This document shows positions 20,522 through 31,589 of a stretch of DNA of 64,000 nt, in pieces. The notes beneath the pieces are model-generated. The model did not search any database, was not told the DNA's origin, and saw nothing but the letters and a program-made list of their open reading frames with translations. The translations under genes and the position numbers were made by a program. The stretch lies in NCBI GenBank assembly GCA_945892985.1, contig CAMDDU010000023.1, positions 2,003-66,002 of the forward strand, in the 5' to 3' direction. The stretch's first letter is position 1, and each line of letters starts with the position of its first letter. This DNA comes from Bordetella parapertussis (lineage in GTDB: Bacteria; Pseudomonadota; Gammaproteobacteria; Burkholderiales; SG8-39).

Positions 20522-21478
20522 CTAATCTATTTTAACGCCGACGTCTTTGACGACCTTGCCGTACTTCTCATAGTCGGCTTTCACCATCGCGGCGAATTCC
20601 TCGGCCGTGGTGACCAGCGGCTCGAGCGCGCCCGAGCGGGCGAATTTTTCTTTCACATCGGGCAGGGCGAGCGCCTTGTTCACTTCGGCGCGCAGCCTGG
20701 CAAGCACCGGTTCCGGTGTCCCTTTGGGCGCGCACAGTCCGAGCCAGATGCTGTTGGCAAAGCCCGGATAGAACTCGCCTATTGTCGGCACGTCGGGAAA
20801 GCCCGCGAGGCGTTTTTTGCCCGCAACGGCGAGGGCGCGCAGCTTGCCGGCGCGAATTTGCGGTCCTGCGGTTGACCCGGCGAATTCGATAGTCACTTCT
20901 CCGGCCATGGTGGCGGTGGTGGCTGGCGCCGCGCCCTTGTAGGGGATGTGCACAAGATGGATGCCGGCGCGTGTCTTGAGCATTTCCATTGATAACTGGT
21001 GCTGGCTGCCGTTGCCGCCCGAGGCGTAGGCGAGCGGCGGGTTGGCCTGCTTGGCGAACGCGATGAATTCCTGGAAGGTCCTGAACGGCGCATCCGGATT
21101 GGCGGCGAGAAAAAATTCGTTTGAGGCGATGCTCACAACGTGCGCGAGGTCCTTCATCGGATCGAAGGGCATCTTGCTGTAGACATGCGGGTTGATGACG
21201 ATCTGGCTGTCGGCGCACAGCAGCAGCGTGTAGCCATCGGGCGCGGCCTTGGCGACGATATCGCCGGCGATGTTGCCGTTCGATCCGGTGCGATTCTCTA
21301 TCACCACCGGCTGGCCGAAAACTTCGCCCAGTTTTTCGCCAATGACGCGGGCGGTGATGTCCGGCGCGCCGCCCGGTGGGATGTGCACGAGAATGCGAAT
21401 CGGCCGGGTCGGCCAGCTTTGCGCTTGTGCGCCGCCCGCGGCGAGCGCGAGTAGCAGGACTGCCAGCAGCTGCCTCAT
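20522..21478 (-). CDS. Bug/TctC substrate-binding protein
   Basis: WPTRPIRILV..PPGGAPD, PDGYTLL and HIPYKG. Confidence 0.93.
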   Translation of the reverse strand: MRQLLAVLLLALAAGGAQAQSWPTRPIRILVHIPPGGAPDITARVIGEKLGEVFGQPVVIENRTGSNGNIAGDIVAKAAPDGYTLLLCADSQIVINPHVYSKMPFDPMKDLAHVVSIASNEFFLAANPDAPFRTFQEFIAFAKQANPPLAYASGGNGSQHQLSMEMLKTRAGIHLVHIPYKGAAPATTATMAGEVTIEFAGSTAGPQIRAGKLRALAVAGKKRLAGFPDVPTIGEFYPGFANSIWLGLCAPKGTPEPVLARLRAEVNKALALPDVKEKFARSGALEPLVTTAEEFAAMVKADYEKYGKVVKDVGVKID

Positions 21479-22203
21479 GCGCAGCGCCGCTTGAGGGCGC
21501 CTTCATCCGCGCCCTTCATGTTGTAAAAAGTCCACATCTTGGCGATGACCTTGGGGTGCCAGATCTGGCTTTTCGCATCAGCCAGTTCCTGTCCGCTTAT
21601 GGCTTGCGGCGTGCCGATCTGGCTGGCGCGGAACAGGCGCAGCGCGTTGTCCTCGAGCATCACCGAGGCGGCGAATGCCTGCTCTATGCTGCTGCCAACG
21701 ATGACGGCGCCGTGGCCGCGCAGCATCATCGCCTGGTTTGATCCGAGGGTGCGCGCCAGCGCTTCGCCCTGTTCGGGACGCTGTATCAGCGTCGGGTCCG
21801 GATCCACCGGCACTGTTTCGCCGAAGGGCGCGCCGGTCACCCCGACCGCGAACAGCGGCTTGCCGACGATGCTGAACAGTGTGGCGTAGGCGAGGTGCAG
21901 GTGGAACACCGCCATGACGTCGGGGCGCGCCTTGAACACGCCGGTGAAAATGGGGGTTTCGCTTGGCGGATTGTTGCCGCCCTCGAGCTTGTTGCCATCC
22001 GGATCGACGACGACAAAATCATCGCCCTCCAGCAACCCGGGATGGCGGCCCTGGGTGCCGCGCATCTCGCGTGGATTGAGCAGCAGGTTGCCGGTCTCAG
22101 GAATACGGGCGCCGACCAGGCCGCCGTGGTCCATCAGGCCTTCCATGTAGAGCAGCCGGCAGGCATCGGCCAGTTGGTCGCGCAGTTCCTTGCTTCCTTG
22201 CAT
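21475..22203 (-). CDS. Class II aldolase/adducin family protein
   Basis: PSE, ARPDVMAVFHLH and LRGHG (metal ligands). Confidence 0.88.
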   Translation of the reverse strand: MQGSKELRDQLADACRLLYMEGLMDHGGLVGARIPETGNLLLNPREMRGTQGRHPGLLEGDDFVVVDPDGNKLEGGNNPPSETPIFTGVFKARPDVMAVFHLHLAYATLFSIVGKPLFAVGVTGAPFGETVPVDPDPTLIQRPEQGEALARTLGSNQAMMLRGHGAVIVGSSIEQAFAASVMLEDNALRLFRASQIGTPQAISGQELADAKSQIWHPKVIAKMWTFYNMKGADEGALKRRCA

Positions 22204-22232
22204 GGTTTTTCCTTGTTGGGTCGGTGTGGTGT

Positions 22233-23219
22233 TCAGTCTATGGTGGCGCCAACTTCTTTGACCACCTTGCCGTACTTGTCGTAGTCGCGACGCATCATGG
22301 CGGAGAATTCCCCCGGCGTGCTGATGTAGGGTTCCAGGCCGCCGGCACCATGCAGCCTTTGTTTTATTTCAGGCTTGGCCAGTAATTTGTTTATTTCGGC
22401 ACGCAGTTTGGCGAGCACGGGTTCGGCCATGCCCGGCGGGCCGTACAGCGCCAGCCAGATGGTCACTTCATAGCCCGGATAGAACTGGCCGATGGTCGGT
22501 AACTCGGGGAAGGTGTCGGAGCGGTGTGCGCCGGTCACGGCGAGGGCGCGCAGGCGCCCCGATTTGATCTGCGCGGCGTTAGAGGTGCCCGAGAACACCG
22601 CCATGGTTTCGCCGGCGACGGTGGCGGTCGCCGCCGGCGTGCCGCCCTTGTAGGGAACGTGCAAGAGCTCGATGCCGGCGCGCGCTTTGAGCATTTCCAT
22701 CGACAAGTGGTGCTGGCTGCCGTTGCCACCCGAGGCGTAGGCGAGGGGCGGGCTGGCCTTCTTGGCGTAGGCGATGAATTCCTCGAAGGTCTTCACCGGC
22801 AGCGCAGGATTCACCGCCAGGGCGAACTGGTTGGAGGCGATGGTGGCCACCGGGGTGAGGTCCTTGAGCGTATCGAGTGGCATTCTGTTTTTGTACAGAT
22901 GCGGGTTGATGACGATCTGGCTGTCGGCGCAAAGCAGCAGCGTGTAACCGTCCGGCGCCGCTTTGGCGGTCACTTCAGAGGCGATGTTGCCGTTGGAACC
23001 AACGCGGTTTTCCACCACCACCGGCTGGCCCATGGCCTCGGACAAGGCCTGCCCGAGCACGCGTGCGACGATGTCGGGCGCGCCACCGGGCGGGATAGGC
23101 ACCAGCAGTTTGATCGGGCGCGAAGGGTAGGACTGGGCCAGCGTGCCGGTTGTGAACAACGCCGTGCCAAGCAAAGCGATGGTCGTAGCGGCAGCCCACG
23201 CAAAAAAGCCTCTGTTCAT
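22233..23219 (-). CDS. Bug/TctC substrate-binding protein (paralogue of 20522-21478)
   Basis: [19 protein letters not shown]; shares [14 protein letters not shown] and [10 protein letters not shown]. Confidence 0.93.
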   Translation of the reverse strand: MNRGFFAWAAATTIALLGTALFTTGTLAQSYPSRPIKLLVPIPPGGAPDIVARVLGQALSEAMGQPVVVENRVGSNGNIASEVTAKAAPDGYTLLLCADSQIVINPHLYKNRMPLDTLKDLTPVATIASNQFALAVNPALPVKTFEEFIAYAKKASPPLAYASGGNGSQHHLSMEMLKARAGIELLHVPYKGGTPAATATVAGETMAVFSGTSNAAQIKSGRLRALAVTGAHRSDTFPELPTIGQFYPGYEVTIWLALYGPPGMAEPVLAKLRAEINKLLAKPEIKQRLHGAGGLEPYISTPGEFSAMMRRDYDKYGKVVKEVGATID

Positions 23220-23344
23220 GCGGCCTCCTCGTTTGTCATTCTCTTTGGTCGCCGGTCTCCCCTCCCGCCAAGGGAGGGGGTGCCTGCTGTGCTGTTCTTT
23301 CTGGAACCGGTTTTGCCCCTGCTTAAGTGCTTACTCTTAACTGT

Positions 23345-24079
23345 TTATTTTTTTGCGCGCGCCGCTTCGGCGACGCGTTCTTTCCACAAAGCCCATGGGC
23401 GCTCGACGGTGTCGTCGTTGGCCTTGCTCGAACCCATGGCCTCGCCTTCTGTGAGAAAGGTGACATCGCCCAGTTTCATCGCCTCGACCTGGATGCGGGC
23501 GTTGACCTCGGCGTAAATGCCGCGGTAGACCGCCTGCTTGATCGAGTTGCCAACGGCAACCGAGCCGTGGCCGCGCATTAGCGCGAAATTGGATTTGCCC
23601 AGCACCCTGGCGAGGGCCGCGCCCTGCGTGTTGTTCTGCACCAGCATGTTGGTGTCGGGACCGCTCTCGTCGCGGATTTCGTACACCGGTGTCGAGAAGC
23701 CGAGAAAGCCGCTCATGTGGCACACCGGCAGCAACTTGGCCTTGGTGATGCCAAAGGGGATCACCGCAAGCGAGTGGCTGTGGATCACCGACTGCACCTC
23801 GGGCCGGGTGCGGTAGATTTCGCTGTGTATAAAGCGCTCGAGGTAGGACTTCCTGCCCTGCGCATCGACCGGCTGTCCGTCGGCGACCTTGTATTCAAGG
23901 ATGTCTGCTGCGGTGACCGTGGCCGGCGCGATGCTGCGTGACAGGAAAAAAGTGTCCGGATTGTGGTTGTTGCGCACGCTGATGTGGCCGTAGCCGTCAA
24001 CGACGCCTTCGAGAAACAGAATGTGGTTGGCGGTGACGAGATCATCGATCAGCGCGGGATCGGGGGTTGCTGTGCTCAC
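23345..24079 (-). CDS. Class II aldolase/adducin family protein (decarboxylase-like subgroup)
   Basis: GVVDGYGHISVR, YLERFIHSEIY, IHSHS and MRGHG. GTG start at 24079 follows AGGAGG. Confidence 0.9.
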   Translation of the reverse strand: MSTATPDPALIDDLVTANHILFLEGVVDGYGHISVRNNHNPDTFFLSRSIAPATVTAADILEYKVADGQPVDAQGRKSYLERFIHSEIYRTRPEVQSVIHSHSLAVIPFGITKAKLLPVCHMSGFLGFSTPVYEIRDESGPDTNMLVQNNTQGAALARVLGKSNFALMRGHGSVAVGNSIKQAVYRGIYAEVNARIQVEAMKLGDVTFLTEGEAMGSSKANDDTVERPWALWKERVAEAARAKK

Positions 24080-24326
24080 TGAGCCTCCTATGGCATTTTG
24101 ATGTTGCGGGATTCCGGCAGCGCGTGAAATGCGTGCGACGGGTGCGCAATTATGCGCCATGCCGGCCGCAAGGGCATGGTTGAGCATCGAATCAACATGC
24201 ACGCAGGGCGGCTGCGCCATGGGCTTGAGAAAATCACCGGCCGCCGGAGCCTAATTCTCCTAAAATGACAGCCTTGAAATTCTCAGACCGGCGATGCCCG
24301 CCAAGGTGTCGCGCGCGCACGTTCCC

Positions 24327-25976
24327 ATGTCCGCACAATCCCCGGTAGATTCCCCATTGTTGAGTGCGGCGGTCATCGTTGTCGGTGCCGGCCCGGTCGG
24401 CCTGACGCTTGCCAATGTGCTGGGCCAGGCGGGCATTCACACTATCGTCATTGACCGTGAGGAGGGCACCGTCGCCGAGGCGCGTGCGGTGTCTATAGAC
24501 GACGAGTCGCTGCGCTCCATGCAGGCCATCGGCCTGGGGCCGGAGATACTCAAGGATGTGGTGCCCGGTTACGGCAGTCATTACTACACCGGGCCGCGCG
24601 GCCGCCAGTTCGCCATGGTCGAGCCGACGGTCAGCGACTACGGCTTTCCGCGGCGCAACGCCTTTCGTCAGCCCTTGTTCGAGGCCTCGCTGTTGCACGG
24701 TTTGCTGCGCTTTCCCTGCGTGCGTGTTTTGTTCGGGCATACGCTCGAGACGATCGCCCAGGACGCCGGTGGTGTGATTGCCGGCGTCACGGCGCCCGAT
24801 GGAACAAGCCTGCGCATTGGCGCGCACTGGCTCGCCGCCTGCGACGGTGGCCGCAGCACAGTGCGCAAGCTGCTTGGCGTGGAAATGGCCGGTTCGAGTT
24901 TCCGCGCGCGTTGGCTGGTGCTGGACACCGAAAACGACAATGACAGCTACCGCCATTCGCGCGTGTACTGCAATGCCGCGCGCGCGGTGCTCGATATTCC
25001 CGGGCCGCACCATACGCGCCGCTTCGAGTTTTTGCTCAAGGAGGGCGAGGACGAAGAGGCGATCATGGCGCCCGATTGCGTGCGTGAACTGCTGCGTCCC
25101 TACCGCGGCGAGCAAGCCACCAACATCGTGCGCAAGATCGTCTATACCTTTCATGCGCGCATGGCGGAAAAATGGCGCATCGGCCGCGTCTTTCTTGCCG
25201 GTGATGCCGCCCACCTCACCCCGCCCTATGCGGGGCAGGGCCTGAACAGCGGCGTGCGCGATGCGCATAACCTTGGCTGGAAGCTTGCGGCCGCGTGTCG
25301 CGGACTGCTTGGCGACAAGGCCCTCGACTCCTACGAGTCCGAACGCCGCGACCACGCCTGGTCGCTGATTCAACTCGCGCTCAATCTGGGTGTGGTGATG
25401 GCGCCGAAAAACCGCCTGCATGCGGCCGCCGTGGTGTGGTTTTTTACGTTGGTGGGCTTGATTCCGCCGTTGCGCGATTATTTTTTGCAGATGCGCTTCA
25501 AGCCGAAACCACGGTTTGAGCAAGGCCTGATCCTTGCTGATGCGGCTGCGGGCAAGGCCTCTTTGGTCGGGCGCATGCTGCCCCAGCCCATGGTGTGCGG
25601 CGCCGACGGCCGCAGCCAGTTGCTTGACGAGTTCATCGGCGCGGGTTTTGCGATCATTGCCATCGGGACGGCCGGTGAGGCGGCGCTGGCGGCCCTGGTT
25701 GATCCCCTGTGGATCCGCCTGGGCGTCCGGCGCATCGTCATCGTCGAAGCCGGTGAAATTTCAGGCGGGATGGTTGCAAACAATGCGCCCGCGACCGTCG
25801 ACTGCCAGCGCGTTGTTGATAGCGCCGGCGCGATGGCCGGCGTGCGCGCCGCCGCAGGCGGGCGCCTGATCCTCGTGCGTCCCGACCGCTATGTCGCCGG
25901 TGTTTTTGAGGCTGCCGATGAGGCGGCCTTTGCCCTCCGCTTCCGGCGCCTGCTCGATGGCAGCGCCACAGTTTGA
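24327..25976 (+). CDS. MhpA-like FAD-dependent aromatic monooxygenase
   Basis: GAGPVG, CDGGRS, LAGDAAH..PP.AGQGLNSGVRDA and C-terminal LVRPDRYV. Confidence 0.9.
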   Translation: MSAQSPVDSPLLSAAVIVVGAGPVGLTLANVLGQAGIHTIVIDREEGTVAEARAVSIDDESLRSMQAIGLGPEILKDVVPGYGSHYYTGPRGRQFAMVEPTVSDYGFPRRNAFRQPLFEASLLHGLLRFPCVRVLFGHTLETIAQDAGGVIAGVTAPDGTSLRIGAHWLAACDGGRSTVRKLLGVEMAGSSFRARWLVLDTENDNDSYRHSRVYCNAARAVLDIPGPHHTRRFEFLLKEGEDEEAIMAPDCVRELLRPYRGEQATNIVRKIVYTFHARMAEKWRIGRVFLAGDAAHLTPPYAGQGLNSGVRDAHNLGWKLAAACRGLLGDKALDSYESERRDHAWSLIQLALNLGVVMAPKNRLHAAAVVWFFTLVGLIPPLRDYFLQMRFKPKPRFEQGLILADAAAGKASLVGRMLPQPMVCGADGRSQLLDEFIGAGFAIIAIGTAGEAALAALVDPLWIRLGVRRIVIVEAGEISGGMVANNAPATVDCQRVVDSAGAMAGVRAAAGGRLILVRPDRYVAGVFEAADEAAFALRFRRLLDGSATV

Positions 25977-26878
25977 AACAGCCGAAAGCCACGATCATGT
26001 CCCGACTGCAGACTTCCACTCCGGCGCGCCTTCACCACCTGCATCTGACCAGCGAGGATCCGAAAGCCCTTGCGCGTTTTTATGTCGAGCTGATGGACCT
26101 TACCCCGACTGAAATTGAGGGCGGCGCGATCTTGCTGCGGGGCGCTCTGCGCAGCCTTCAGGTGAGCCGTGGGCCGTCGCGCGCGCTGGCCTGGAGCGCC
26201 TACGCCCTTGCCGACGATGCCGCCCTGGCCCGGCTGCGTGCGCGGCTCGCGGCGGAAGGTTTCGGTGCAAGGGACATGCACAGCATGCAGCTTATTAAGG
26301 CCCCGCTTTTTTGTGATGGTGCGTTTGTCGTCGCCGACCCGCAGGGCAGGCGCGTGGTGTTCGGCGTCCCGGCCGACGATAGCGCCAGCCCTGTGCGCGG
26401 CGATGCGCGCCGAGATGCGCGCCCTGCGCGCATGCAGCACGTGGTGTTCCAGACCACGGAGCTGGACGCCATGGTGGCGTTTTACTCGGGCAGGCTTGGC
26501 TTCACGGTTTCGGACCGCGTGGTGGAGGAGGATGGCAGCCTCGCCGTGTGTTTCATGCGCTCGGATGACGAGCACCATAGCGTGGCCTTTTTCCGCGGCG
26601 CGCGCAACGAGCTCGACCATCATTGCTATGAGACCAGCGGCTGGATGGACATACGCGACTGGGGTGATCGATTCGCCAGGGTTCGCATTCCGATATTTTT
26701 CGGCCCCGGCCGCCACGGCCCCGGTGACAACCTGTTCTTCATGGTCAATGATCCGGATGGCAATAAGGTGGAGTTGTCCGCCGAGATCGAGATCGTCAAG
26801 GCCGACAAACCGGCAGGAGTCTGGCCGCAAAGCGAATACACACTCAATAGCTGGGGCCGTGCCTGGAAGCGCAGCTAA
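25973..26878 (+). CDS. VOC-family extradiol (catechol 2,3-type) dioxygenase
   Basis: QHVV, EHHSVAF, LDHHCYE and GPGRHGPGDN.F....DPDGNKVE. Alternative start ATG 25997. Confidence 0.85.
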   Translation: MKQPKATIMSRLQTSTPARLHHLHLTSEDPKALARFYVELMDLTPTEIEGGAILLRGALRSLQVSRGPSRALAWSAYALADDAALARLRARLAAEGFGARDMHSMQLIKAPLFCDGAFVVADPQGRRVVFGVPADDSASPVRGDARRDARPARMQHVVFQTTELDAMVAFYSGRLGFTVSDRVVEEDGSLAVCFMRSDDEHHSVAFFRGARNELDHHCYETSGWMDIRDWGDRFARVRIPIFFGPGRHGPGDNLFFMVNDPDGNKVELSAEIEIVKADKPAGVWPQSEYTLNSWGRAWKRS

Positions 26879-26897
26879 GAGGTGGCGCAGATGGGGT

Positions 26898-26932
26898 GGC
26901 TGAAAAGCCGCGCCGGATAAGGGTTTCCAGCC
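26898..26932. repeat. Degenerate GGCTG(G)AAA...TTTCCAGCC palindrome
   Basis: Lies between convergent genes; same family as 20481. Confidence 0.6.
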
Positions 26933-26949
26933 GATACCGGTGGGTTTTG

Positions 26950-27576
26950 CTAGAAGCGTCCGCCCAGCGCGTAAAAAGCCAGCTTGGCTATTTCGAGCAG
27001 TACGTTTCTTGCGGCCTGCTGGTCGGCCCACCACTTTTCCGGGAATTCTTCAAAGCGTGTGGCGACGATACGGATGTCGGCCCCGGGCAGGGCGCGGTGA
27101 AATATGATGCCGGTGCGCCGGGTGTGGTAGGGCGAGGTGATGACCAGAATGCGGCGTTCGCCGCGTGCAACCAGCGCCTTGGCCGCCTGCGCTTCAGCGG
27201 CCGTACTGACCATGTCCTTGGCCAGCCAAGCTATCGCGTCCGCCGGCACGCCTTTTTTCAGCAGGATCTGACGGCTGATGTCGTCCATGTTCGGAAATGC
27301 GATGCCTTCGTTGTCAAGCAGACGCAATGACGGGTCGCGCACCGCGGCGCTGATATACACTCTGGGGGCATAACCTTCGCGATATAGTTGGGCCGCCTCG
27401 AAAACACGTGTCAAATCGCCGGACAGCAGGACGATGGCATCGGCTTTTTGTGGCGCGTCGGCATGATGCAACCAGCGCCCGGCAGAATAGAGTGCCGCCG
27501 ATGCGACGAACGATGCGACAACAACAAGCCCGACAATGAACAGCAGGCAACGCTTGATGCAAGACATGATGGTCAT
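26950..27576 (-). CDS. YdcF/DUF218 family protein
   Basis: N-terminal TM, ADAIVLLSG, ITSPYHTRR and E..KL. Confidence 0.88.
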   Translation of the reverse strand: MTIMSCIKRCLLFIVGLVVVASFVASAALYSAGRWLHHADAPQKADAIVLLSGDLTRVFEAAQLYREGYAPRVYISAAVRDPSLRLLDNEGIAFPNMDDISRQILLKKGVPADAIAWLAKDMVSTAAEAQAAKALVARGERRILVITSPYHTRRTGIIFHRALPGADIRIVATRFEEFPEKWWADQQAARNVLLEIAKLAFYALGGRF

Positions 27577-27603
27577 TTCCTTTTTTCTTTCGCTATTTTA
27601 TCC

Positions 27604-28395
27604 ATGAAGCTGCTGCGCAAGTGGCTCGGTGGCGAATATGTCGAGGTCAGCGAATCGGCGGGCGTGCGCTCGCTGCATCTGGGCGGCGATGCCATACAAA
27701 GCGCGATGCGCTTATCGGCACCGGACAAACTTGAGCTGCATTACACGCAGGCGATGATGGCCTGCCTGCTGTTCCGGCCCGATCCGGGCGCTATCCTGAT
27801 GATCGGCCTCGGGGGCGGATCCTTGGTCAAATACGTGCGCGGCACCCTGCCCAAGGCGCGCATGACCGTGATCGAGATCAGCGCCAAGGTGGTGGCTGCT
27901 GCGCGCAGCTTTTTTTCGCTCCCCGGTGACGATGAAACACTGCGTGTGGTGGTGGACGATGGCGCGAAATACGTCGCCAGGGAGGCGGCCGACGTCGATG
28001 TGCTGCTGCTCGATGGCTTTGACGACGGCGCGCAGGCCAAGCCGCTTTGCACCGCGTCTTTTTACCAGTACGCCTACGAGGCCCTGTCTGCGGACGGGGT
28101 ACTGGTGGTGAACTTCATGGCCGAAGACCCGAAGCTTGAGCTTTACCGTTCGCGCATCGCCCAAACCTTTAACGGCCGCCTGGTGTGCATGCATGCGGCC
28201 GACCGGGTCAATGTCATTTTGTTCGCCTTTCGTGGCGCCGACACCCGCGTCGCCTGGGAGACGCTGCGCAAGCGCGCGAAATCGCTCAAGCGCGGCCATC
28301 CCAACCTGCCGTTGGAAAAATTCATCACCCTGCTGCGCGAGGGCAACGCCCACACCGCAAACTACCTCAGCATCAGGGGAGAATGGGCGGCGTAA
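27604..28395 (+). CDS. Spermidine synthase-like SAM-dependent protein
   Basis: RSLHLG..IQSAM, YTQAMM, IGLGGG and LLLDGFD. Start MKLLRKW. Confidence 0.88.
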   Translation: MKLLRKWLGGEYVEVSESAGVRSLHLGGDAIQSAMRLSAPDKLELHYTQAMMACLLFRPDPGAILMIGLGGGSLVKYVRGTLPKARMTVIEISAKVVAAARSFFSLPGDDETLRVVVDDGAKYVAREAADVDVLLLDGFDDGAQAKPLCTASFYQYAYEALSADGVLVVNFMAEDPKLELYRSRIAQTFNGRLVCMHAADRVNVILFAFRGADTRVAWETLRKRAKSLKRGHPNLPLEKFITLLREGNAHTANYLSIRGEWAA

Positions 28396-28438
28396 GGGCA
28401 GGGCGATTGGCTCCTTTCCTGCGCACGTATTGAAATAT

Positions 28439-28462
28439 GTGCATAGCGCCGGAAGCAGGATT
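28439..28462 (+). repeat. 24-bp direct repeat, left copy (GTGCATAGCGCCGGAAGCAGGATT)
   Basis: Identical to 41398-41421. Confidence 0.9.
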
Positions 28463-28578
28463 TCCGCTACTGCTGGAGGGCGTCTGTGACATGCGTCTGG
28501 TCGCGTAACCTGACTTATCGAGGAGGAAGTCATACGCCGCAACAGCATTGACAGTTTTTGCAATCGAGCAAGAAAAAG

Positions 28579-28734
28579 GGGGTAAATGCGGTCGTCGATT
28601 CGATATTGAATCACACCAACCTCTCGCCCGACATCGTCGCTGCCATTCTTGCCGATGCGCTCCCCAACGGTGCGACACTCTTTGACATCGGGGAGGGTCC
28701 GCTGACGTTATGGGCGGAACAGTCGCGCCATTAG
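28579..28734 (+). pseudogene. C-terminal remnant of a small protein that accompanies serine-recombinase integrative elements
   Basis: Reads SILNHTNLSPDIVAAILADALPNGATLFDIGEGPLTLWAEQ, matching the LAPDIVxAIL...LFD...WxEQ pattern. No start codon. Confidence 0.6.
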
Positions 28735-28934
28735 CCTCGCTGAAGTTTTGATTCCGCGGCGGCTTAAATTATGAATTCGCTACCCGCTGGTCGAGAGCAG
28801 CATATCGCTGCGCTTTTCCAGTCTTGAAATGGCGTCCTGGCTAACCGCCCAAGGCCGTGGCCAAATCGTCCAGATTCCGGTGGCGGCCTGAATTGGCAAT
28901 TCGCCACCCACAGGGCGACGAGGGTGGAATTGAA

Positions 28935-29957
<1,023 letters not shown>

Positions 29958-30149
29958 TTATCGCAAAGACAGAGTTTGCCGCAAAAGGGCGATTAGTGTC
30001 AGCGTTCAGGGCGACGGCAGCGGACAGATAGGAGGCCCCCCCGTCGAAGCGGGCGAAGACCGAAGCCGAGTCAACGCCTGCCAGGATATGACATCACCGT
30101 GAGCCTTCAACCGTGTTCTTGTTCAAAGCACTGAAATCGTGTCACCCCT

Positions 30150-30420
30150 AGGGACGATCACGGTACGGGCAGTCTGATCTGTAGTCCGAGATCGAGAGAT
30201 AGACTAAGGCAGGACTGACGGGATGTACTGCCTTGTATCAATGTCCAGCCTGTCGAGTACATCCGACCCCAGATGTTCGACGGGTGCGCCGGCCCCGCGG
30301 GTGAGTTTCATGAAAAATATTTTTCTTAGACGGCTCGCGCATATCAAGCGCGATGCTCTGCTTGTTCCGATTGAGGCCAAAAATATCGGACTGTCCGCAC
30401 GCTGCTCCCTTCGCGGCCCC
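30150..30420 (-). pseudogene. CaiB/BaiF (family III CoA-transferase) remnant
   Basis: FGLNRNKQSIALDMREP, then after frameshifts VLDRLDI...SPALVYLSISDY...PYRDRP. Confidence 0.75.
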
Positions 30421-30650
30421 GGGGCCCTTAGACTGGCGCCGCGATTTTTTTGATTTCGGCATCAATACTGTGCGTGAAAAATATCCTGGCAAGGTCCGCC
30501 GAAAAGCTTTGCCGTGGCCTCACCCTCGAGTTCGCAGGTTCCTGAAACTTGTTTTTTGTTCAGTTGCTTGGAGTTTATTTTTAAAAGAGTTTTCAGATAA
30601 TCGTCTACGGTCGAAACCGTTTTGATGCTGCAATGCAGAAGGACATTCAC

Positions 30651-30691
30651 TTGACTTGTAAATTAATAGGGATATTGTTAAGTAACAATAT
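30651..30691 (+). promoter_or_regulatory. Sigma70-like promoter overlapped by operator ATATTGTTA-AG-TAACAATAT
   Basis: TTGACT at 30651, TATTGT at 30673, perfect 9-bp inverted repeat at 30672-30691, upstream of the island operon that encodes PadR. Confidence 0.6.
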
Positions 30692-30713
30692 ATAGCGCAC
30701 TGGAGGCTTACCG

Positions 30714-31574
30714 ATGACTGTCAAAATGAATGCCAAGCAAGAGGCCGCGGCGATGGAACCGCCGTCTTGGAAAGAGCGCATGGCCATAGCTTTCGCCCGA
30801 GATATTAACGATGGCGAGCGAATTATTTCTGGCGCGCACACAGAGATTTCTTTTGCGGCGACACTCCTTGCTCAAAAGGTGCACGCGCCAAATATCAAAC
30901 TTCAACTTGGGGGAACATGTTTTCTTGTGAATGTTTCTGACGTGCCAGTTTTTCTCCCCAAAACCTCAACAGAGTATCGGATGATTCGCTGGGCCGAGAT
31001 TGCCTATGATCATATGGAAACATTCATGTACTTCGGCGCGCCTTTGGGGCGCGAGTACTACAAGGGTGGAAGGCCCCAGACAAACAAGTACTTCGTCGCT
31101 GACAAGTTCTTCGCTGGTGGAATTCAGGTGGATGGGAACGGAAATACGAACATGATTGGACTGAAAGGTTCTGGAGATAAAAAGTATAGTTTTCGAGGAC
31201 CAGGTTCTATCGGAATCACTGATATCGTAACAGTAGCCACACCCTATATCTTCGTGACTCACCACGATCGCCGAACCTTGGTCGAAAAGGTTGACTACAT
31301 CTCGATGTTGGGCCCGAAAGGATGGCGTGAGAATAAATATCCGGGCAAGGGTCCTAAGTGGATTATTACGCCGCGGTGCATTTTCACCTTCAACCAGGAC
31401 GGCCATGCTCAACTGGCGGGCGTCTTTGCCGACACGACAGAAGCTTGGGTTCGCGAAAACACTGGATTTGATTTTGAGTTGTCCCCGGATTTCAGCGAAA
31501 TAGTCGAACCCACCTTTGAAGAGCTGTCAATTCTCAGAAACGAAATCGATCGCGACGGCGTGTTGCGTCACTAA
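30714..31574 (+). CDS. Class I CoA-transferase-fold beta subunit (GctB/IpdB-like)
   Basis: MAIAFARDINDGE, HAPN, GGIQVDGNGNTN, LVEKVDYIS and VRENTGF. Confidence 0.88.
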   Translation: MTVKMNAKQEAAAMEPPSWKERMAIAFARDINDGERIISGAHTEISFAATLLAQKVHAPNIKLQLGGTCFLVNVSDVPVFLPKTSTEYRMIRWAEIAYDHMETFMYFGAPLGREYYKGGRPQTNKYFVADKFFAGGIQVDGNGNTNMIGLKGSGDKKYSFRGPGSIGITDIVTVATPYIFVTHHDRRTLVEKVDYISMLGPKGWRENKYPGKGPKWIITPRCIFTFNQDGHAQLAGVFADTTEAWVRENTGFDFELSPDFSEIVEPTFEELSILRNEIDRDGVLRH

Positions 31575-31589
31575 TCAAGGAAGTGCGAA

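Noticed and set aside
5604-26903. Numerous long antisense or alternate-frame ORFs (e.g. 5604-6647, 9978-11210, 11211-12341, 13277-14401, 24234-25523)
   Set aside because: Shadow ORFs expected opposite real genes in GC-rich DNA; no family motifs.
28439-28462. tRNA 3' end as the island attachment site
   Set aside because: The repeat lacks a GTTCGA T-loop and CCA end, and no cloverleaf is visible at either copy.
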